Source of the DNA: a virus
Lineage: Duplodnaviria > Heunggongvirae > Uroviricota > Caudoviricetes
Virus record (IMG/VR): IMGVR_UViG_2913177423_000003
Location: 1-4,562 of that record
Strand: one strand, 5' to 3'
Length of the DNA: 4,562 nt
Made by a program: the position numbers and the translations under genes. Shown here in pieces: positions 1-4,562 of the stretch (the first letter of the stretch is position 1; each line of letters starts with the position of its first letter). The notes under the pieces were generated by a model that saw only the letters and a program-made list of their open reading frames with translations, had not been told where the DNA came from and did no database searches.

Positions 1-114
1 AAAGATCCCCCTGTTGAGCACAACTAACACCTGGAGCGCACGCCAGACTTTCAACGGTGGGATCACCGGGACGCTGACGGGGAACGCCGACACCGCGACG
101 AAATTAAAAACAGC
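1..114. repeat. Left inverted repeat (IR-L); coding, specifies the conserved junction peptide of the fibre
   Basis: Hand alignment with the reverse complement of 4449-4562: mismatches only at positions 22, 23, 37, 58 and 91. Identity decays after about position 114. The outer 21 bp are identical. Confidence 0.9.
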
Positions 115-2020
115 ACGGAAGATTAATAACGTGCTGTTTGACGGTTCTAAAGATATTTCGCTGACGCCTGCGAACCTTGACGTCACCAGCCTGACGTTTA
201 TGAAAAACAACGGCGAAATGCCGCTTGATGCCGACCTGAACACATTTGGTCCCGTTAAGGATTATGTGGGTGTCTGGTATAAATCCACATCCTCCAACGC
301 AACACTGGAGAAACATTTCCCGGAAGACGGTGCCGTAGGTGTTCTTGAGGTATTCAATGGCGGTAATTTTGCAGGAATGCAGCGTTACACCACCAGGACT
401 GGCAATGTTTATATGCGCAACCTTTCTGGTTCCTGGAATGGCTCTGACGGCCCGTGGAGTTACTGGCGACAGATTCAGTCAGCAACACGCTCTCTGAGTA
501 CAACCATTGACCTGAATACGCTCGGAGGCGCAGAGCATCTTGGTTTATGGCGAAACAGTAGCGGCTCTATCGCTTCATTTGACCGCAACTATCCGGAAGA
601 AGGGAGTTATGGTCAGGGACTCCTTGAAGTTCTTGAAGGTGGTGGGTACTCACGCACGCAACGCTACACGACCCGCCGAGGGAATGTATATGTTCGATGT
701 CTTTCTGCTACATGGAATGCAGAGAATCCACAGTGGGAACCGTGGTCAAGAGTGGGCCATCAGTCAGAGTGTCGTTATTACGAAGGGGATTTGAATGTTC
801 TAACCGACCCCGGCATTTACAGCGTTACAGGGAAGGCAACAAACGGTCCAATGCAGGATACCGCTGGAGCAACACTGCTTGGGATACTGGAAGTAATCAG
901 ACGTTTTGATGGTGTGTCTGTTTGGCAGCGTTACACAACCACAGGGAAAGCAGAAACCACACAGGGGCGTACTTTTGAGCGCGTCTACGCCGGGAGCAAA
1001 TGGACCGAATGGCGAGAAGTATATAACTCCTTTTCGTTGCCCCTGAATCTGGGTATTGGCGGCGCAGTGGCAAAACTCACCAGTCTGGACTGGCAGACCT
1101 ACGATTTTGTGCCGGGCAGTCTGATAACCGTTCGGCTTGATAACATGACCAACATTCCCGACGGTATGGACTGGGGCGTCATTGATGGCAACCTGATAAA
1201 CATCGCAGTTGGTCCGAGTGATGATTCCGGTACGGGGCGCTCAATGAAGGTATGGCGCAGCACTGTAAGTAAAGCGAACTACCGTTTCTTCATGGTGCGC
1301 ATCTCAGGAAATCCGGGAAGCCGAACGATCACGACAAGACGAGTGCCGATAATTGACGAAGCCCAGACATGGGCAGCGAAGCAAACCTTCAGTGCTGGCC
1401 TTTCTGGTGAGCTGTCCGGCAATGCTGCTACAGCTACAAAGCTGAAAACCGCGCGAAACATTAATGGTGTCAAATTTGATGGTTCCAGCGATATAAATAT
1501 TAATACGCTGGTATCCCGGAATCGCGTCACTGCATTAAGCGGGAATGCAAAGGGGACGCCTGGTATCCAGATGTATGAGGCATATAACAATGGCTACCCT
1601 TACGCCTATGGCAATGTGCTTCATCTTACGGGTGTGTCCGCAGTTGGAGAAGGTGAGTTACTTATCGGCTGGAGCGGCACCAGTGGGGGATACGCGCCAG
1701 CATATATCCGTTCAAGGCGAGATACAGATGATGCTCAGTGGTCTGGATGGGCGCAAATTTATACAACAGCTCATAAACCCTCGGCAGGTGATATTGGCGC
1801 TTATACCGCCGCAGAATGTAATTCGCGTTTTATTACAGGTATTCGCTTAGGTGGTTTGTCATCCCTTCCAACGTGGAATGGTACTGGCTGGCATGACAGG
1901 TCAGGGCATGTTCTTACTGGTGTTGTCAATAGTAATACTGATGAATTAATTGATATCGCGCAGGCAAGACCTGTTCAGTATTGTATTAATGGCACATGGT
2001 ATAACGCGGGAAGTATTTAA
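2..2020 (+). CDS. Tail-fibre protein, variable C-terminal portion (alternative A); 5'-partial, continues upstream of the window
   Basis: The 668-aa ORF from the track stays open in frame to position 2 (aag atc ccc ctg before the TTG at 14), with no Shine-Dalgarno sequence before that TTG. It contains the tail-fibre repeat motif [17 protein letters not shown] twice (about aa 23 and 469) and three tandem units of about 90 aa with the core LEV-(13-14 aa)-QRYTT--GN-Y-R. Stop TAA at 2018-2020. Confidence 0.85.
   Translation, partial: KIPLLSTTNTWSARQTFNGGITGTLTGNADTATKLKTARKINNVLFDGSKDISLTPANLDVTSLTFMKNNGEMPLDADLNTFGPVKDYVGVWYKSTSSNATLEKHFPEDGAVGVLEVFNGGNFAGMQRYTTRTGNVYMRNLSGSWNGSDGPWSYWRQIQSATRSLSTTIDLNTLGGAEHLGLWRNSSGSIASFDRNYPEEGSYGQGLLEVLEGGGYSRTQRYTTRRGNVYVRCLSATWNAENPQWEPWSRVGHQSECRYYEGDLNVLTDPGIYSVTGKATNGPMQDTAGATLLGILEVIRRFDGVSVWQRYTTTGKAETTQGRTFERVYAGSKWTEWREVYNSFSLPLNLGIGGAVAKLTSLDWQTYDFVPGSLITVRLDNMTNIPDGMDWGVIDGNLINIAVGPSDDSGTGRSMKVWRSTVSKANYRFFMVRISGNPGSRTITTRRVPIIDEAQTWAAKQTFSAGLSGELSGNAATATKLKTARNINGVKFDGSSDININTLVSRNRVTALSGNAKGTPGIQMYEAYNNGYPYAYGNVLHLTGVSAVGEGELLIGWSGTSGGYAPAYIRSRRDTDDAQWSGWAQIYTTAHKPSAGDIGAYTAAECNSRFITGIRLGGLSSLPTWNGTGWHDRSGHVLTGVVNSNTDELIDIAQARPVQYCINGTWYNAGSI
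221..1024 (+). repeat. Three tandem, diverged units of about 90 codons inside fibre alternative A
   Basis: Protein units about aa 70-160, 161-250 and 251-337. LEV cores at aa 111, 204 and 292, each followed by QRYTT then G-Y-R and W--W. Confidence 0.7.
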
Positions 2021-2022
2021 TT

Positions 2023-2550
2023 ATGATGCATTTAAAAAACATTAAAGAAGGCAATCCCAAGACCATTGAACAATATGAGTTAACCAAACGATTTAATATT
2101 GTCTGGTTATGGTCAGATGATGACAAAAACTGGTATGAGGAACAGAAAAACTTTCAGGATGATACTTTAAAAATGGCCTACGACGAGAACGGTATTATTC
2201 GTTGTATTGAGAAAGATGTGTCAATGATCAATCCTGATGGCTTGAGTGTTGTTGAGTTACCGAATATAACCGCCAACCGTCGCGCGGATATTTCTGGTAA
2301 CTGGCTGTTCAAAGATGGCACTGTAATCAAACGGATTTATACCCAAGATGAACTACAACAACAGGCGGAGTTACAAAAAAACACCTTGCTTTCAGAAGCT
2401 GAATTAGTCATTCAGCCGCTGGAACGCGCTATTAAGCTAAATATGGCTACTGATGATGAACGCGCCCGGCTGGAAGCATGGGAACGCTACAGTGTTCTGG
2501 TGAGTCGAGTAGATACCGAAAACCCTGAATGGCCTGATAAACCAGAATAA
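2023..2550 (+). CDS. Tail-fibre assembly chaperone (Mu U / P2 G-like family, as recalled)
   Basis: 175 aa starting MMHLKNI, with a GGGAAG Shine-Dalgarno-like sequence 9 nt upstream. It starts 2 nt after the fibre stop. The C-terminus ...[29 protein letters not shown] is the characteristic tail of tail-fibre assembly proteins. Stop TAA at 2548-2550. Confidence 0.85.
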   Translation: MMHLKNIKEGNPKTIEQYELTKRFNIVWLWSDDDKNWYEEQKNFQDDTLKMAYDENGIIRCIEKDVSMINPDGLSVVELPNITANRRADISGNWLFKDGTVIKRIYTQDELQQQAELQKNTLLSEAELVIQPLERAIKLNMATDDERARLEAWERYSVLVSRVDTENPEWPDKPE

Positions 2551-2557
2551 TAATTAT

Positions 2558-2573
2558 GGCCCGATGTTGGGCC
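2558..2573. terminator. Candidate stem-loop in the spacer between the convergent chaperone genes
   Basis: GGCCC-gatgtt-GGGCC (5-bp GC stem, 6-nt loop) lies 8 nt after the + strand chaperone stop. Only TT follows, so it is weak as an intrinsic terminator. Confidence 0.2.
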
Positions 2574-2669
2574 TTCGAATGGTGGTTCTGGGACCAATAT
2601 CGCTTGTGGATTAATACCTTGATGCACCGGAGGTAGCAGATATATCCAGTGCACCATATATTGAATGGT

Positions 2670-3272
2670 CTACGCCTCTGGCAGTTCAGGCCAGAGGACA
2701 TCCGGCGCGGTGCTGGTATCTGTTACCGTCACCGCGTCAATGTAATCCAACACGATGTTTAGTCGGGTGGATTCCGTTTGCGTCAGCTTCCGCCCTGCCT
2801 GTAATTTCAATTGAATTAGACTGATAGAAGCCATTGCAGCATCAATCAATGACTGGCGCTGTGCTTCTGCCGCTTCTACTGCGGCATTGTGTTGTGCCTC
2901 GGTGTCTGTCACCCATTTCTCACCATCCCATTTATCATATGGCGTTAACGGGGCGATGGTGGTTGTATTTTCAGGATAATCCCCCGGTGCTGTGATTTCT
3001 TTTGATTCTCCTGTTTCGGTGCTATAAACGATTTCACCGCGATGGTCTGGCACATACTCCCATGAATTTAAATCTGCCGAACGGCAGATAGCATAACCCG
3101 CCTTATGTGTGCTAGGAGCATCTAAACAGGAATTGGCCGGAATGCCAACACCAACAGCAAGATATTCAGTTGATGCAGATATATATTCTAATGTTTCGCT
3201 ATCATAGTTATGAACGATAATATTTCCTGCCTGTACGGCAATAAGTTCATTATTCAATATCGCGTTATCCAT
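2670..3272 (-). CDS. Tail-fibre assembly protein (lambda Tfa-like type)
   Basis: 200 aa. GIPANSCLDAPS and SWEYVPDHRGEIVYSTETG resemble lambda Tfa GLPANSTDIAPP and SWHLVEDHRGKTVYDVASG (recalled from memory). The C-terminus TDTSTAPDVLWPELPEA resembles Tfa VDTSTAPDIEWPAVP. The ATG at 3270-3272 overlaps the stop of the upstream fibre ORF (TAATG). Stop TAG at 2670-2672. Confidence 0.85.
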   Translation of the reverse strand: MDNAILNNELIAVQAGNIIVHNYDSETLEYISASTEYLAVGVGIPANSCLDAPSTHKAGYAICRSADLNSWEYVPDHRGEIVYSTETGESKEITAPGDYPENTTTIAPLTPYDKWDGEKWVTDTEAQHNAAVEAAEAQRQSLIDAAMASISLIQLKLQAGRKLTQTESTRLNIVLDYIDAVTVTDTSTAPDVLWPELPEA

Positions 3273-4561
3273 TATGCAGCTCTCACAATATAATTAAATG
3301 ATGTATTACGTGGTCGCATAGATATCCATACGCTATTAAAATTATCTTCTGCTGTTCTTTGTGTGCCTGTAACTGAGTTATCAGCCGAAGCTGGAACATA
3401 GTCACTGTTATCCCCGGCTTTAGCACCAGAAGGCATTCCGATTATTTGCGCTTTATCAGCGGAAGCAAATGCTATACCAACCTTGACAGAAGTAGCCACG
3501 TCAACCCCGTAATAATCCTGTAACGCTGTGCGAATAAGTGTTGCATCCTGATTACTGAGTAGTGATCGTCCACTGTCTACACCACGTCCATCATCCCAAC
3601 CACGGATAAACTCACCGCGTAAATCAGGTAATTTACCGGTAGTGTATACCTTGGCAAGCTGAGGGTATTTTTCCATATCAAAGGCAGCGCCATTGCATTT
3701 CAGCCAGCCTGTCGGAGGCGTGGCGGAAGGCCACGGCAAGGGGACGCCTACGGGAATGATTTCGATATTTGCGCTACCGTTAAATGATACGCCGCTGATT
3801 GCGCGAGCGGTTTGCAACTTTGTAGCCGTTGCTGCATTACCTGTCGTATTTTGATTTCCCGTAGTGTTAACGCCAGGCAAGTTAATATTTGCAGTCCCAT
3901 TGAATGACACGCCTCCTATAGTTCTTGCGGTTTGCAATTTTGTTGCAGACGCCGCATTTCCTGTAGTGTTCTGGTTTCCTGTTGTATTTACACCAGGAAT
4001 CGAATCTTTAGATGTATAAATTTGCGCCCATTCTGACCACTCGGCAGTCGTTACATCTCGTCGAGAACGGATATAACTTGGAGCATGTGCACCACTTGTG
4101 CCACTCCAGCCAATCAGGAGTTCCCCCTCTCCGACAGAGGTTGCACCTTTAAGATGAACAACGTTTCCGTATGTAGTGGGATAACCATTATTGCTAACTT
4201 CATACATCTGGATACCCGCTGATGCTCCCTGTGTGGCACCAGTTAAGGCGGTAACACGCCCGCGACCAACGAGAGTATTGATACTAATATTTTTGGTTCC
4301 ATCAAATGACACACCATTAATACTGCGCGCTGTTGCCAGTTTTGTCGCGGTTGCCGCATTACCAGTGGTGTTCTGGTTTCCTGCGGTGTTTACACCAGGG
4401 AGGTTGATGTTTGTAGAGCCATCAAATGCCACACCACCGATCGTGCGGGCTGTTTTTAATTTCGTCGCGGTATCGGCGTTCCCCGTCAGCGTCCCGGTGA
4501 TCCCGCCGTTGAAAGTCTGGCGTGCACTCCAGGTGTTAGCCGTGCTCAACAGGGGGATCTT
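3272..4561 (-). CDS. Tail-fibre protein, alternative variable C-terminal portion (alternative B); 5'-partial, continues beyond the window end
   Basis: The 425-aa ORF stays open in frame to 4561. It starts with the same junction peptide as alternative A, followed by four copies of the fibre repeat (about aa 23, 63, 198, 240). A collar-type receptor-binding motif follows: TGWLKCNGAAFDMEKYPQLAKVY...GKLPDLRGEFIRGWDDGRGVDSGR (about aa 268-345). Confidence 0.85.
   Translation of the reverse strand, partial: KIPLLSTANTWSARQTFNGGITGTLTGNADTATKLKTARTIGGVAFDGSTNINLPGVNTAGNQNTTGNAATATKLATARSINGVSFDGTKNISINTLVGRGRVTALTGATQGASAGIQMYEVSNNGYPTTYGNVVHLKGATSVGEGELLIGWSGTSGAHAPSYIRSRRDVTTAEWSEWAQIYTSKDSIPGVNTTGNQNTTGNAASATKLQTARTIGGVSFNGTANINLPGVNTTGNQNTTGNAATATKLQTARAISGVSFNGSANIEIIPVGVPLPWPSATPPTGWLKCNGAAFDMEKYPQLAKVYTTGKLPDLRGEFIRGWDDGRGVDSGRSLLSNQDATLIRTALQDYYGVDVATSVKVGIAFASADKAQIIGMPSGAKAGDNSDYVPASADNSVTGTQRTAEDNFNSVWISMRPRNTSFNYIVRAA
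3821..4402 (-). repeat. Tail-fibre repeat units with a recurring PGVNT(A/T)GNQNTTGNA linker inside fibre alternative B
   Basis: Three linker copies on the - strand at about 4343-4399, 3941-3997 and 3821-3877. Hand comparison of two copies gave about 80 percent nucleotide identity; the longest exact shared run seen was about 16 nt. Confidence 0.7.
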
Positions 4562-4562
4562 T
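4449..4562. repeat. Right inverted repeat (IR-R), partner of 1-114
   Basis: Same alignment as IR-L. Read on the - strand it encodes [39 protein letters not shown], against [39 protein letters not shown] at the left end. Confidence 0.9.

Larger units (their letters stand above)
1..4562. other. Invertible DNA segment (tail-fibre host-range switch) bounded by inverted repeats
   Basis: Reverse complement of 4449-4562 matches 1-114 at 109 of 114 positions. Two tail-fibre ORFs on opposite strands both run in frame into the window edges. Two convergent tail-fibre-assembly genes sit in the centre. This matches the Mu G / P1 C / e14 P layout. Confidence 0.8.

Noticed and set aside
14-16. TTG at 14 (and its mirror at 4547-4549) used by the ORF track as the start codon of the two fibre proteins
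   Set aside because: Both frames stay open to the window edges with no Shine-Dalgarno sequence upstream, and the sequence lies inside the inverted repeat. These are internal codons of a gene continuing outside the window, not initiation sites.
104-316. 70-aa ORF on the - strand
   Set aside because: Entirely antisense to the fibre A gene, Arg/Cys-rich with no recognisable motif; typical shadow ORF.
540-909. Two overlapping + strand ORFs (540-794 and 697-909) in alternative frames
   Set aside because: Embedded in the repeat region of the fibre A gene in other frames; no ribosome-binding site or motif noted; likely spurious.
1361-1480. Internal junction-like sequence as an active third crossover site (multiple-inversion system)
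   Set aside because: Only about 60 percent nucleotide identity to the terminal repeats by hand count, with conservation at protein level only. It is reported as an ancient module duplication, not a functional recombination site.
1279-1850. ORFs 1279-1590 (-) and 1545-1850 (+)
   Set aside because: Both overlap the fibre A reading frame, which carries recognisable fibre motifs across this interval; likely frame-shadow ORFs.
2447-2701. 84-aa - strand ORF spanning the spacer between the chaperone genes
   Set aside because: It overlaps the 3' ends of both well-supported chaperone genes and is His/Arg/Cys-rich with no motif. The spacer is better explained as non-coding.
3821-4402. Possible CRISPR array or diversity-generating retroelement, suggested by the recurring repeat units
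   Set aside because: The repeats are in-frame protein repeats of variable spacing, not short identical repeats with unique spacers. There is no reverse transcriptase ORF and no adenine-specific mismatch pattern between copies.
1-4562. Invertase (serine recombinase) gene or Fis enhancer inside the window
   Set aside because: The only sizeable ORFs not accounted for are the small overlapping ones rejected above, which show no recombinase features. In known systems the invertase lies just outside the segment.
1-4562. Identity with the P1 C segment specifically
   Set aside because: The total length is similar, but here the inverted repeats are only about 114 bp, not the 0.6 kb of P1, so the structure is not P1-like in detail.

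Overview
The window is a complete invertible tail-fibre cassette of a tailed phage or prophage, the same architecture as the Mu G segment, P1 C segment, e14 P region and p15B Min system. This is a recognised class of system rather than a new one; whether this particular pair of fibre tips is undescribed can only be settled by a database search. Imperfect inverted repeats of about 114 bp sit at both window ends (1-114 vs 4449-4562, 5 mismatches) and enclose two convergent two-gene modules. On the + strand, a 5'-truncated tail-fibre variable part (2-2020) is followed 2 nt later by a tail-fibre assembly chaperone (2023-2550). On the - strand, an alternative tail-fibre variable part (3272-4561, also open to the window edge) overlaps a second chaperone of a different type (2670-3272) through a TAATG stop/start. 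Neither fibre ORF has a credible start or ribosome-binding site of its own, so each must be expressed only when inversion fuses it to a constant 5' gene portion outside the window. No invertase gene, RNA gene or CRISPR array is present; the recombinase, its enhancer and the constant fibre part are predicted to lie in the flanks. The two fibre tips are internally repetitive and mosaic, and the + strand chaperone gene is distinctly AT-rich. All family assignments are from reading the translations by eye and from memory of these families; no searches were run.
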